Source: Candidatus Colwellbacteria bacterium
GTDB lineage: Bacteria; Patescibacteriota; Minisyncoccia; UBA6257; Colwellbacteraceae
Direction of reading: 5' to 3'
DNA length: 64,000 nucleotides
NCBI GenBank assembly: GCA_016176525.1
Contig: JACOWZ010000003.1
Location: 256,001-320,000 of the forward strand
Shown here piece by piece: positions 54,352 to 64,000 of this stretch. The position numbers and the translations under genes were made by a program. Positions within the stretch are counted from its first letter, which is position 1. Every line of letters starts with the position of its first letter. The notes below the pieces were generated by a model. The model saw only the letters and a program-made list of their open reading frames with translations. It was not told the DNA's origin and ran no database searches.

Positions 54352-55421
54352 GAAAACTTAGAATAGGACAAACCGGCCCGCTATTTTTCCCCGTTCCGCC
54401 TCCGAAATATGGAGGCGTAGAAAAGATTGTCTATTCGCTTTGTGAAAATTTAACAGATAAAGGGCACAAGGTTTTTCTTTTTGATACTGAAGATTCGAAA
54501 ACAAGAGCGCAGCTGGTTCCGGTAATTAAAAAAAGTTTATATAGATTTACAAAACCAGTGGAATATACTCCTTATTTTGCTTACGAAATGGCCTTGATTG
54601 CCAGAAAGGCAAAGGAGCTAAAGCTTGATGTTATCCATGACCATTTGGGGCCCTCATCACTCTCTCTTTATGGGCACCTAGATATTCCCATAATACACAC
54701 ACTGCATGTTCCGTTTAAGAAAGAGGGCAGGGCTTGGGCGTATGAAAAGCTGAATTCAAAATTGGTTTCTATTTCTCTTGCTCAGAGAAAATTAGCCCCT
54801 TATTTAAATTATGTTGCGAATATTTATAACGGAATAGATGTTGAAAATTATCCTTTTGGCCACAAGCCAGAAAATTATTTTGTCTGGGTGGGAGAATTGT
54901 CACCAAGAAAAGGAATTAAGGAAGTTATTAAAATTGCTAAAATACTTAAAATAAAATTGGTTATAATAGGCAGAATTCCACCACCCAGTCAGCCAGACGA
55001 TTATGCTTTCTTTAAAAAGTATATTTCTCCGGATCTAAATAAGGGAAATATTATTTATATTGGAGAGAAGTCTTCGGAGCAATTAAAAAGAATTTACAAG
55101 AAAGCTATAGCTTTCTTGTTCCCTTTGCAATGGGAAGAGCCTTTTGGCTTAACAATGATAGAAGCTCTGGCCTGCGGGACGCCTGTCGTTGCTTTTAAGA
55201 GGGGTTCGGTCCCAGAGATATTGAAAAATGGTAAAACCGGATTTATTGTTCCGCCTTTTAAGAATAATAAGGTAAATTATCAAGGATTTATCGAAGCAAT
55301 AAGAGATATTGGCAAGATTTCGCGCGCGGATTGCAGAAAGTGGGCAGAGGATAATTTTACTGCTGTAAGAATGATAGACGAATATGAAAAATTATATTAC
55401 AAAATCCTCTCAAAATCTTAA
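54348..55421 (+). CDS. glycosyltransferase family 4
   Basis: EEPFGLTMIEALACGTPVVAFKRG. Confidence 0.7.
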   Translation: MRKLRIGQTGPLFFPVPPPKYGGVEKIVYSLCENLTDKGHKVFLFDTEDSKTRAQLVPVIKKSLYRFTKPVEYTPYFAYEMALIARKAKELKLDVIHDHLGPSSLSLYGHLDIPIIHTLHVPFKKEGRAWAYEKLNSKLVSISLAQRKLAPYLNYVANIYNGIDVENYPFGHKPENYFVWVGELSPRKGIKEVIKIAKILKIKLVIIGRIPPPSQPDDYAFFKKYISPDLNKGNIIYIGEKSSEQLKRIYKKAIAFLFPLQWEEPFGLTMIEALACGTPVVAFKRGSVPEILKNGKTGFIVPPFKNNKVNYQGFIEAIRDIGKISRADCRKWAEDNFTAVRMIDEYEKLYYKILSKS

Positions 55422-56466
55422 AATTATAATTCTTTCCGACCAGCCGAAAGAGAGAATTAGCGGACCCAATGTTGTTATATCTAATATTTTTCCATTCTTG
55501 GAAAAACATCTAGATATAAAATGGAAAGTTACTCCGGCACTTGGTTTATATAAGATAAAAGGAGTCCCTCATTCTGTAAAAGCTGTTTTGTTTAGTGTTT
55601 TTTCTTTTTTTTGCCTCTTATTTGATAAAGAAATAAGAGATTCTCAAATTATAAATGGCCATGGGGTTAGTTCTTGGTTGATTACAATTTGGCTCTCGAA
55701 AATCTTTAAAAAGATATCCATAATTACTTCTCATGAGGTTTATGAATACACGAAACTTCCATGGTTCTTCGGCGGAAAGAAACTAGCTAAGTGGGTTTGG
55801 AATTACACTATGAAAAATGCCCAATATATTATTGATGTTAGCGGTACTATAAAATCTGAGAAAGCTTATTTTATTCCAAATGGGGTTGATATTAAGAAAT
55901 TTGCACCCGGAAAAGTTAAAATAAAAAAAGACAAAAAAACTGTTTTATTTGTTGGAAGATTATCTCCAGAAAAAGGGATTGAATATTATTTAGAGGCGTC
56001 CCAGATTATTAAGCATAGGCTTGGAGAAGGAGTGGGATTTGCGGCAGTTACTAATCTTAGTACGAAAACAAAAGATAAATTAAGAATAATGGATTTGATA
56101 CGAAAAAGCGGTGTTAATCTTATACCTGGGGCATTAAACATGCCGGAAATCTATCGAAAAGCGGATGTTTTTGTCTTGCCGTCTATTTCCGAAGCTTTTG
56201 GCCTTGTAAATCTGGAAGCAATGGCATCTGGTGTGCCGGTAGTTGCAACTAATGTTGGGGGGGTGCCTAATGTTGTGAAAGACGGCGTAGTTGGTTTTTT
56301 GGTGCCGCCTAAAGATTCACAAGCTATTGCTCAAGCAGTCATAAAAATTTTAGAGGATGACCAGTTAAGAGAAAAAATGAGAGAAAATTGTTTAGCTTGG
56401 GTGAAAAATTTTACTTGGGATAAAATTGCTAAACAATATTTAGAATTTTATCAGAAAGTTATCTAA
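55384..56466 (+). CDS. glycosyltransferase family 4
   Basis: SEAFGLVNLEAMASGVPVVATNVGG. Confidence 0.7.
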   Translation: MKNYITKSSQNLKIIILSDQPKERISGPNVVISNIFPFLEKHLDIKWKVTPALGLYKIKGVPHSVKAVLFSVFSFFCLLFDKEIRDSQIINGHGVSSWLITIWLSKIFKKISIITSHEVYEYTKLPWFFGGKKLAKWVWNYTMKNAQYIIDVSGTIKSEKAYFIPNGVDIKKFAPGKVKIKKDKKTVLFVGRLSPEKGIEYYLEASQIIKHRLGEGVGFAAVTNLSTKTKDKLRIMDLIRKSGVNLIPGALNMPEIYRKADVFVLPSISEAFGLVNLEAMASGVPVVATNVGGVPNVVKDGVVGFLVPPKDSQAIAQAVIKILEDDQLREKMRENCLAWVKNFTWDKIAKQYLEFYQKVI

Positions 56467-56471
56467 AAAAA

Positions 56472-57665
56472 ATGGAAAGTAATAAAAGCAAAGATAAAGT
56501 TTTTGGGCTTAAAAGGAATGTTTTTTATCTTGGCATAGTAAGTTTGTTTAACGATTTTTCTAATGAAATGGTCCAGTCGGTTGTACCAGTTTTTCTAGGC
56601 CTCCTTTTGGGCGGGCAGGCGGCGCTTGCAATAGGCGTTATAGAAGGCGTTGCGGATGCGCTTTCTAGTTTTATGAAGATCTTGTCCGGTGCGTGGTCGG
56701 ATAAAGTCGGCCGCAGAAAGCCGTTTGCTGTTGTGGGTTATACCCTCTCTGTTGCTGTTCGGCCCCTTTGGATGTTTGTTACAAGCTTCGCGGGTGCTAT
56801 GGGAATTAGGGCCGCAGATAGGTTCGGCAAGGGCTTGCGAGATGCTCCGCGCGACGCCCTTGTTGCATCTTCAGTTGAAGAGCAAGAGTTAGGCAAATCT
56901 TTTGGTTATCAGAGAGCAATGGACGCCTTTGGCGGCCTTTTAGGGCCGCTTGTGGCAGTGCTTGCTTTTCCGCTTTTGGAATTCGACTTTAAAAAATTGT
57001 TTTTCTTGGCTTTTATATTGGGGCTGCCGGCGATCTTTAGCTTTTTGGCAGTTCGCGAAGTGCGAACCGCACCGCCGACGGAATACGGCAAGTTTATGCG
57101 CGAAAATATGTTCCGCACGCACAAGCATTTTACACTTATGATTGCTACGATTTTTGTATTTGGCTTGGGCACACTGCCTGTAGCACTTCTCTTATTCCGT
57201 GCCTTTGAACTGGGTTTTAACGTTACCTCGGTTCCATTTTTGTATTTAATATACGGCCTTACATTTACACTGGCCTCCATACCGCTTGGCAAGCTATCGG
57301 ACAAAATTGGAATGGTTAGGGTTATAACTTTAGGGTTTATATTTGCGATTTCTGCTTATTTACTGCTTGCTTTTACTAATACGTTTGTTTGGCTCTTCGC
57401 AGGGCTTGTGTTTTTTGGGCTCTACTCTGCTTCAACCGATGGTGTTGAGCGAGCGCTTACCGCTAAGCTTGTTGGCCACGAGCTATTAGGAGCTGGCGAG
57501 GGAGTGCTCCACGCCGCTGTTGGAATTTCTGCTCTTTTTGCCGGCTCTATAGGCGGGTTTTTATGGTTTAAATTCGGGCATGCGGCGGCGTTTTTATATG
57601 CAATAACATTTGCGGTGATAGGCCTAGGAATGCTTTTGTATATTAGCAAAAAGCACCGGATATAA
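56472..57665 (+). CDS. MFS transporter
   Basis: 12 TM segments and a GRRKPF-type loop motif after TM2 (SDKVGRRKPF). Confidence 0.7.
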   Translation: MESNKSKDKVFGLKRNVFYLGIVSLFNDFSNEMVQSVVPVFLGLLLGGQAALAIGVIEGVADALSSFMKILSGAWSDKVGRRKPFAVVGYTLSVAVRPLWMFVTSFAGAMGIRAADRFGKGLRDAPRDALVASSVEEQELGKSFGYQRAMDAFGGLLGPLVAVLAFPLLEFDFKKLFFLAFILGLPAIFSFLAVREVRTAPPTEYGKFMRENMFRTHKHFTLMIATIFVFGLGTLPVALLLFRAFELGFNVTSVPFLYLIYGLTFTLASIPLGKLSDKIGMVRVITLGFIFAISAYLLLAFTNTFVWLFAGLVFFGLYSASTDGVERALTAKLVGHELLGAGEGVLHAAVGISALFAGSIGGFLWFKFGHAAAFLYAITFAVIGLGMLLYISKKHRI

Positions 57666-57684
57666 CTGTGTTATAATTCTTAGT

Positions 57685-58698
57685 ATGAAAAAGATAGCTA
57701 TTAACGGATTCGGTCGTATTGGCAGATTATTTTTGCGCCAATTTCTGGAGTCTAAGAGTAAGAAAGCGCAGATTATCGCTATAAATGATTTGGGTGATGT
57801 AGATAACCTTGCCTATCTTTTGAGATATGACACAGTCTACCGTCAATACCCCGGCACGGTAGAAGTTAAAAATGGTAATTTAGTTGTAGATGGCAAATTG
57901 ATAAAGTTTTTGCAGATTAAAGATCCAACCCAGCTTCCGTGGAAAGATTTGGGCATTGACGTAGTTGTGGAATCAACAGGTGTTTTTAATACTTTTGAAA
58001 AATCAAAAGCCCACTTGGATGCGGGCGCAAAAAGGGTGCTTTTAACCGCTCCGGCAAAAGACGAAGACAGTAAACTCGGCAAAACCGTTTTGGTTGGAGC
58101 GAACGACAAAGAAGCTAACGTTTGCCCTATAAATTCAAATGGATCGTGCACAACCAATGCTGGTTCGCCGGTTATTGCTATTATGAATGAGACGATTGGC
58201 GTTAAAAAGGCGCTTTTAAATACCGTCCATGGCTATACTGCAACACAGAGTCTTGTTGATGGCCCAACGCGCAGCTCGGATTATAGAAAAGGAAGAGCTG
58301 CTGCGCAAAACATAGTTCCAACAACAACTGGCGCAGCTATTGCAATAACCAGGGCTTTGCCAGATTTGAGGGGCAAGTTTGACGGCGTGTCTTTTCGGGC
58401 CGCGGTTGTTACTGGTTCGGCTGCGAACATAACATTTTTGGCAAAACGCAATACCACCGCGGAGGAAATAAACGATATTTTTCGCAAAGCTGCAAAAGAA
58501 AAAAGATGGAAAGGGGTGCTCGCAATTACCGAAAATCCGCTTGTGTCGTCTGATATTATAGGCAATCCGCATGGCGCAATAGTGGATTTGAAGTTTACTA
58601 AAGTTATAGATGGTGATTTAGTTAATGTGCTTTCTTGGTACGACAACGAGTATGGATATGTATCAACACTCTTAAAGCACCTAGAACTGATTTTATGA
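57685..58698 (+). CDS. gap: type I glyceraldehyde-3-phosphate dehydrogenase
   Basis: KIAINGFGRIGR, active-site SCTTN (NGSCTTNAGSPV), 337 aa. Confidence 0.85.
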   Translation: MKKIAINGFGRIGRLFLRQFLESKSKKAQIIAINDLGDVDNLAYLLRYDTVYRQYPGTVEVKNGNLVVDGKLIKFLQIKDPTQLPWKDLGIDVVVESTGVFNTFEKSKAHLDAGAKRVLLTAPAKDEDSKLGKTVLVGANDKEANVCPINSNGSCTTNAGSPVIAIMNETIGVKKALLNTVHGYTATQSLVDGPTRSSDYRKGRAAAQNIVPTTTGAAIAITRALPDLRGKFDGVSFRAAVVTGSAANITFLAKRNTTAEEINDIFRKAAKEKRWKGVLAITENPLVSSDIIGNPHGAIVDLKFTKVIDGDLVNVLSWYDNEYGYVSTLLKHLELIL

Positions 58699-59159
58699 AG
58701 GTATATATCGGTGCAGACCATAGAGGCTACAAATTAAAAGAGAAATTAAAGAAGTTCCTTCAAGGTAAGGGTTACGATGTTGAGGATTTGGGTAACTTGA
58801 GATACGACCAAAACGACGACTATACTGATTACGCGCGTTTTGTAGCAGAGACTGTTGCGGAGCGCGGTAATGATACGCGAGGGGTTCTTATTTGCGGTTC
58901 CGGTGTTGGAGTAGAAATTACGGCAAACAAATTTAAAAATGTGCGATGCGGGCTTGTTTTTAACGTTAAGCAGGCGGTTTTGGCAAAGCGCCATGATGAT
59001 ACAAATGTTATTGCCATTGCCTCGGATTTTATCTCTGCTTGGAAGGCAAAAAGAATAGTTAAAAAGTGGCTAGAAACAGAGTTTGACGGCAAAGAAAACC
59101 ATAAAAGGCGGCTAGACAAAATCCGCACGTTTGAGTCTAGGTGGAATATTTTTAGATAG
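58695..59159 (+). CDS. rpiB: ribose-5-phosphate isomerase B (RpiB/LacAB family)
   Basis: MKVYIGADHRGYKLKEKL...ICGSGVGVEITANK. The start is at ATG 58695, giving an ATGA overlap with gap. Confidence 0.8.
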   Translation: MKVYIGADHRGYKLKEKLKKFLQGKGYDVEDLGNLRYDQNDDYTDYARFVAETVAERGNDTRGVLICGSGVGVEITANKFKNVRCGLVFNVKQAVLAKRHDDTNVIAIASDFISAWKAKRIVKKWLETEFDGKENHKRRLDKIRTFESRWNIFR

Positions 59160-59249
59160 TAAGCAGGTGTAGTAGGGGGCTTGCAATAAAGCGCGGCGTC
59201 TTTTATACTACTATAAAAGTCATGATAAAAAATCTTATTTTAAACAAAA

Positions 59250-60749
59250 ATGCTACAGTCTTTACTTTTAGCGGCCCTAGGCTTAGGGGTTGGGCTTGCA
59301 GTTGGTTACTTTGTTCGCCAAGGGCTCTCAGGCAAGCTTAAAGAAGCCGAACTTAAAGCCAAACAAGAGGCTCAAAACTTAATATTAGAGGCGCAGAAGA
59401 AAGCGGTTTCTGTAATTGAAGAGGCAAAGAGCGAAGAGAAAGAGCGCAAAGCGGCATTGGATAAACACGAGGTGCGCCTTGTTTCTAAAGAGGAACTCCT
59501 TTTAAAGAAAGAAGGGGAGCTTGACTCCGACAAAACCAAACTCTCGAATGCTATGGAGGCCCTGAAGAAAGAGCGCGAAGAGCTTTTAAAGTCTAAAGAA
59601 GAGACAGCAGAAAAACTCTCTAAAATAGCGGGGCTAACCCAACAAGAAGCCAAAGACAGGCTAATTAAAGAGATTGAGGATAGGCATAAAGAAGAGCTTA
59701 CGGGCGCGCTTTTTAAACTAATGCACGAGCGTAAGGCGGAGATAGAGAAAAAAGCTCAAGAAATAATGACAACGGCAGTTCAGCGGATGGCAAGAACCCA
59801 GGTTTCCGACATTACAACTTCGGCCTTTACTCTGCCTTCAGAAGACCTTAAGGGCAAAATTATAGGCAGGGAGGGCAGGAATATTCGCGCACTAGAGCGC
59901 GCAACCGGCACGGAGCTTATTATGGACGAGAGCCCGGATACAATAATTATTTCTTCTTTTGACCCGATGCGCCGCGAGATTGCGCGCGTTACGCTGCAGA
60001 AACTTATTCAAGACGGCCGCATACAGCCGGCGAAAATTGAAGAGAAGGTACAAGAAGCAAAAGACGAAATTGACGAGAGAATTTATAAAATCGGTGAAGA
60101 GGCCGCGCACGAACTTAGTATTCTAAACCTGCCAAAAGAGATATTGCAGCTTTTGGGGCGGCTTAATTTTCGCACGAGTTTTGGGCAGAATGTGCTGACG
60201 CACTCAATAGAGATGGCTCATATTGCCGGTATGATGGCTTCTGAACTTGGCGCAAATATTGAAGTTGCAAAGCGCGGGGCGCTATTGCACGACATAGGGA
60301 AGGCCATAGACCACGAAGTGCAGGGCACGCACGTGGAATTAGGCAGAAAAATACTTAAAAAATATGGAGTTGATGAAGCGGTAATCCGCGCTATGGAGTC
60401 TCACCACGAAGAATATCCATTTTCTACGCCAGAGGCCTTTATTGTTACGGCTGCAGATGCACTCTCTGCCGCAAGGCCGGGCGCAAGGCGCGGAACACTG
60501 GAGACTTACATCAAACGCTTGGGTGACTTAGAGAAACTCGCATCTGGTTTTCCAGGTGTTAAAAATGCTTATGCAATCTCTGCAGGGCGTGAAGTACGCG
60601 TGTTTGTTGTACCGGAGCAAATAGACGACTTTGGTGCATTGCAGCTTGCCAAAGACATTGCTATGAAGGTGGAGTCTGACTTAAAGTACCCCGGCGAAGT
60701 TAAAGTTAACGTAATACGCGAAATGCGTGCGGTTGAGTACGCTAAATAG
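59250..60749 (+). CDS. rny: ribonuclease Y
   Basis: N-terminal TM segment, coiled coil, KH domain (KIIGREGRNIRALE) and HD domain (LLHDIGKA). Confidence 0.85.
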   Translation: MLQSLLLAALGLGVGLAVGYFVRQGLSGKLKEAELKAKQEAQNLILEAQKKAVSVIEEAKSEEKERKAALDKHEVRLVSKEELLLKKEGELDSDKTKLSNAMEALKKEREELLKSKEETAEKLSKIAGLTQQEAKDRLIKEIEDRHKEELTGALFKLMHERKAEIEKKAQEIMTTAVQRMARTQVSDITTSAFTLPSEDLKGKIIGREGRNIRALERATGTELIMDESPDTIIISSFDPMRREIARVTLQKLIQDGRIQPAKIEEKVQEAKDEIDERIYKIGEEAAHELSILNLPKEILQLLGRLNFRTSFGQNVLTHSIEMAHIAGMMASELGANIEVAKRGALLHDIGKAIDHEVQGTHVELGRKILKKYGVDEAVIRAMESHHEEYPFSTPEAFIVTAADALSAARPGARRGTLETYIKRLGDLEKLASGFPGVKNAYAISAGREVRVFVVPEQIDDFGALQLAKDIAMKVESDLKYPGEVKVNVIREMRAVEYAK

Positions 60750-61437
60750 CGAGCTCTAAAATTATTTCGTACGCGGTTTTTATATTGGCAAGTGCTTTGT
60801 CTAGTAATTCTTTTGTGGTCGGCGGTTGGTCGCTTTCTACTTCAATCGTGACTTCTTCTATTGGTTCTATGGATTCAAGCGGAGGCAAAATATTTGCTTC
60901 GGCTCCTGCGCGAAGTTCGCCAGCTTCTTTAATTAAAGCAGCTGTTTTATCAAGTTCTGTTTTGTATACTCCAGTCGCGTCTTCTTCGATTAATTTACTA
61001 AGAGTTTCTGATGCTTTTGTAATAACATCACCGCTGTATATAAAAGACACAAAATTCGAAACCTCTATGTCGGTTTCTATATATATTTTTTCTCTGTATT
61101 CTATAATCTGGAGCGCGAATGCTCTTACCTCTTCGGCGTCTTTAAATTCCGTTGTTTGCAAGCTGCCTAGTTTATTAAAATACCATTCAATATCGGAGTT
61201 TAAGAGGGCTTCTAACTGTGCATATTTTTGAAGTTCTCGTTTATCTTCGGATAGTGGTACAGCCTTAAATTCTTTTTGAAGTGTATTGGCTTCTTCAATT
61301 GAGAAGTAAAGCGCTGTTTCTACTTTAGCTGTGCGTTCGGCTATGTCTTCCTCTAAATTTTCTGCATACACAAAGCTAATCACACCAAACAGTCCGATTA
61401 TTACTAAGTTCAGAATTGTTAGCTTTATAAATTTCAT
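60742..61437 (-). CDS. hypothetical secreted protein
   Basis: Signal peptide MKFIKLTILNLVIIGLFGVISFVYA. Acidic. Confidence 0.4.
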   Translation of the reverse strand: MKFIKLTILNLVIIGLFGVISFVYAENLEEDIAERTAKVETALYFSIEEANTLQKEFKAVPLSEDKRELQKYAQLEALLNSDIEWYFNKLGSLQTTEFKDAEEVRAFALQIIEYREKIYIETDIEVSNFVSFIYSGDVITKASETLSKLIEEDATGVYKTELDKTAALIKEAGELRAGAEANILPPLESIEPIEEVTIEVESDQPPTTKELLDKALANIKTAYEIILELAI

Positions 61438-61862
61438 TATAGGGTTGCTTCTTTTAGTAGTTCGTCTATAGATTTAGACTCTTCTCTCTTGGGCTCTGTT
61501 TTTGGTTCTTCTTGTAGTTTGTAATCAATAGTTTCTATTATTTGTTTTGCCTCCGCCACCAAGCTTTGGTTAAGGCCTGCTATTTTTGGCTGTTTCGGCC
61601 CTAATAGCCCGGTGCCGCTTACTATAATTGCAAATAAAAGTGCAGCAAATGCAAGCGAGGGCACAAGTTTGTTAAATGCAAATATGCGTTTTGTAAATTG
61701 CGGCATAGCAAAAATAAGCCGCTTGGATTCATTTGCAAAGTTCTCGCGCGGAACTATTCTGCGGGCTTCTAGTATTGAGTTCTTAGAAAAAAGCGCGTAG
61801 TTCTTGTCAGGGCTTATTCCTTTAAACTGCGAGAATGCTTTTATAATTTTATCTTCTGTCAT
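61437..61862 (-). CDS. putative anti-sigma factor (single-pass membrane protein)
   Basis: Translationally coupled downstream of the ECF sigma factor gene, with one central TM segment. Confidence 0.4.
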   Translation of the reverse strand: MTEDKIIKAFSQFKGISPDKNYALFSKNSILEARRIVPRENFANESKRLIFAMPQFTKRIFAFNKLVPSLAFAALLFAIIVSGTGLLGPKQPKIAGLNQSLVAEAKQIIETIDYKLQEEPKTEPKREESKSIDELLKEATL

Positions 61863-62400
61863 GTTTTAGAATATCTTTTAGGTTTCTTATTGCTCTGTGT
61901 TGTATTAGTTTGGTTGCGCCTACGCTCTTGCCTATTACATTTGCAACTTCTTCGTGCGGCATATCGTCTACAAAGCGCATTAGTAGCACATCTTGTTCTA
62001 CTTCTTTTAGGCGGGGGATTGATTGCATTATTACTTCCAGCTGAAGCTTAGAATCAATTTTGGAGTCTTTGTTTTCCGAATCTGGCAGTTCAATGCCGGC
62101 GGATTCCAAACTTATTTCTGTGCCAACCCTGCCGGAGCTTCTGTAATGGTCTATTACTGAGTTTCTGGCTATTCTGTAGAGCCAAGAGCCGAACGGAAAC
62201 CCCCTATGATTGTAATCTGCTATCCCAGTCCAAGCTTTTAAAAAGACTTGATGGGTAATATCCTCAGCCTCCTCACGATGGCTTACTTTAAGCAGGACGA
62301 ACCGGTATATCTTTGGGAGATACCAGTCATAAAGCAAGCCGAAAGCGTGGGACTCCCCATCTTTAGCCTTTTTAATTAAATTTTTCTCGTCCTCTAACAT
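61849..62400 (-). CDS. RNA polymerase ECF-type sigma-70 factor
   Basis: Region 2 (YDWYLPKIYRFVLLKVSHREEAEDITHQVFLKAW) and region 4 (VLLMRFVDDMPHEEVANVIGKSVGATKLIQHRAIRNLK). Confidence 0.8.
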   Translation of the reverse strand: MLEDEKNLIKKAKDGESHAFGLLYDWYLPKIYRFVLLKVSHREEAEDITHQVFLKAWTGIADYNHRGFPFGSWLYRIARNSVIDHYRSSGRVGTEISLESAGIELPDSENKDSKIDSKLQLEVIMQSIPRLKEVEQDVLLMRFVDDMPHEEVANVIGKSVGATKLIQHRAIRNLKDILKHDRR

Positions 62401-62438
62401 ATTAAACGTTGCTTTTTATGCACCGTTACGATAGCACT

Positions 62439-63449
62439 TTATAGGCCTCTTTTCAATTTTCTAAAGCGCTCTATAGCATAATTTAGGTAGTATTTCGGGG
62501 TAATCTTTAAGTCTTGGGTGGGCACGTATTTTTCTGCCCTGCCTCCAAACCCGGTTTTAAATGTTGTTAGCCCCGCCCATGGATGGTTTTTCGCGTCTTG
62601 CGGCGCTATTCCCCAAAAATTGTAGAACTTTAGGCCTCTCTCTTGTGCGTCTTTTATAATTTGCCACTGTAAAAGATGCGAGGCGGGTATTTGTGCATGT
62701 TTTAGCGAAGATGCGCCGTGGTGGTAGAACACGCCGTGGTTAGTAGATATTATTATCGCACCAGAGATTAACTCATCTTGGTACTGGGCAAAGTAGAGTT
62801 CTGCATTTCCATTTACAGAGAATATTTCAAACTCTTTTTGCAAATATTCTTTTGAGAACGGCTTGAAATGTTTACGATTAACAGTTTTTTCATAAAGTTT
62901 GTAGAACTTTTCAATGTCTTCCGGATTTTTGCTTTTAGCTATTTTTACTCCCACACGTTCTGCTTTTCTTATTTCATTCCTAGTCGTTTTGCGCATTCCT
63001 TTTAAGAGTTCTTCTTCGCTTTTTTGCAAATCAAGAATCCATACAAGCTCGGCGTGTACATGTATTGGCGCATTTTTGAAACCAAGTTGTCTGAAAATCT
63101 GCTTGTTCTCTGGTGAATCTTCTAATATAGGCGCAACTCTTATAAAGTCGCATTTTTCTTGTTTAGCAAGCTGTTTTAAATGCTCTGTTAGTTCTTTTAT
63201 TGAAAATTCTTTATTTTTGAATATCGGTCCGTGGGGAATAAGCAAAAACGAGCCTCTTTTTGCGTTTACTTTTATTACCAAAGCAGCTCCAACAAGCTCG
63301 CTGCTATTGTAAACACCAAACCTCCAGATTTTTTCACCAGTTTCATTATTAAACTTACCCCACTCCCATGACTGCAAAAATGTGTGTGGCTCTACAGAGT
63401 CTATAAAATTATCCCAAACTATTTTCTCTTTTATTTCTTTAATCTCCAT
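62439..63449 (-). CDS. FemAB-family (tRNA-dependent) peptidoglycan interpeptide-bridge aminoacyltransferase
   Basis: 336 aa, FLQSWEWGKF..., a duplicated GNAT-like fold pattern typical of FemAB/FemX. Confidence 0.6.
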   Translation of the reverse strand: MEIKEIKEKIVWDNFIDSVEPHTFLQSWEWGKFNNETGEKIWRFGVYNSSELVGAALVIKVNAKRGSFLLIPHGPIFKNKEFSIKELTEHLKQLAKQEKCDFIRVAPILEDSPENKQIFRQLGFKNAPIHVHAELVWILDLQKSEEELLKGMRKTTRNEIRKAERVGVKIAKSKNPEDIEKFYKLYEKTVNRKHFKPFSKEYLQKEFEIFSVNGNAELYFAQYQDELISGAIIISTNHGVFYHHGASSLKHAQIPASHLLQWQIIKDAQERGLKFYNFWGIAPQDAKNHPWAGLTTFKTGFGGRAEKYVPTQDLKITPKYYLNYAIERFRKLKRGL

Positions 63450-63479
63450 CTTTAACCTTTATTTGGGTGTTATGATTGA

Positions 63480-64000
63480 TCATAACATCTTATCTTTAAT
63501 TATTTTTGTTATTTTTAGCGCGTCTTCTTCGGAGGTAAGTATATTTGTCGGCAGGTTTAGCGATTCGCTTGCGGCGCGTTCTGCTATGGGGCAGGCACCG
63601 GGGTTGTATTTAACTGCAGTAAAATCTACGCCTTTTGGCGCAATGCAGGGGTTATACCAGTCATCCAATATTATGCCGAGTTTTCGCCCTTTTTTTATTA
63701 GACGTTTTGCGATTGGAATTCTTATAGTGTAGCGCAGGTAGATGCTATTTGCCTCGGCGGTCGGTTCGGGCAATTTTATATTTGATACTTTACTTAATTC
63801 TTTTCTATAGATTTCTGCGAGTTTGCGGCGGTGAAGGTTAAAGCGTTCCAGTTTTTTAAATTGGTGCAGCGCAAGCTCTGCAAGTGTGTTGGGTATTTTA
63901 CCGAATGTGTCGCGCGCAACCTTGCCGCGGCGCTCTTCGCTTTGCACCGCTTTTGATATAAGGCCAAGTCTTTTTACAATTTCTAATACTGCTTTGCCTA
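63480..64000 (-). CDS. DegT/DnrJ/EryC1-family aminotransferase (C-terminal part; the 5' end lies beyond the window)
   Basis: C-terminal pattern ...IYLRYTIRIP...GIILDDWYNPCIAP.... The ORF stays open to the window end. Confidence 0.5.
   Translation of the reverse strand, partial: GKAVLEIVKRLGLISKAVQSEERRGKVARDTFGKIPNTLAELALHQFKKLERFNLHRRKLAEIYRKELSKVSNIKLPEPTAEANSIYLRYTIRIPIAKRLIKKGRKLGIILDDWYNPCIAPKGVDFTAVKYNPGACPIAERAASESLNLPTNILTSEEDALKITKIIKDKML

Noticed and set aside
56909-57304. 131-aa minus-strand ORF
   Set aside because: It is antisense to the MFS transporter gene.
1-64000. CRISPR arrays, rRNA genes, integrase/transposase genes
   Set aside because: No regularly spaced direct repeats, no rRNA-like conserved blocks, and no recombinase-like ORFs were seen. 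The only mobile-element-like feature is the small inverted-repeat cassette.

Overview
This 64-kb window has about 38-40% GC and is densely coding on both strands. It looks like a small-genome bacterium, possibly of the Candidate Phyla Radiation/Parcubacteria type, although I cannot verify lineage from sequence alone. It uses the standard genetic code: TGA terminates smpB, the four-helix-bundle gene and several overlapping ATGA gene junctions.

The first ~16 kb is a housekeeping block: rplT-rpmI-infC on the minus strand behind a GC-rich structured leader, then smpB followed directly by tmRNA, an HD hydrolase, argS, ileS, gpmI, secG, an SBP5 substrate-binding protein, tRNA-Leu(CAG), RNase J and trpS.

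Next come a four-helix-bundle gene flanked by inverted repeats, large secreted proteins with peptidoglycan-binding-like domains, and a glycine-rich tail-fibre-like protein. A ~25-kb cell-surface glycan locus follows (21.6-47.0 kb). It has many GT4/GT2 glycosyltransferases, two flippases, a Wzy/ligase-like protein, several epimerases/dehydratases, two DegT aminotransferases, methyltransferases, and a pglC-pglD-pglE-pglF-like bacillosamine module. After that come a glutaredoxin and trxB, a ComEA-like protein, a second glycosyltransferase cluster, an MFS transporter, gap, rpiB, RNase Y, and an ECF sigma / anti-sigma / FemAB group at the window end.

Most unusual observations: (1) the isoleucyl-tRNA synthetase carries a ~200-aa histidine-phosphatase (phosphoglycerate-mutase-superfamily) domain inserted between the two halves of its zinc knuckle; (2) a miniature inverted-repeat element occurs once carrying the 23S-IVS-type four-helix-bundle gene and once without cargo; (3) three secreted proteins share a C(P/L)NGNTVASNC motif with different partner domains; (4) a ~320-nt GC-rich structured RNA-like leader lies upstream of infC.
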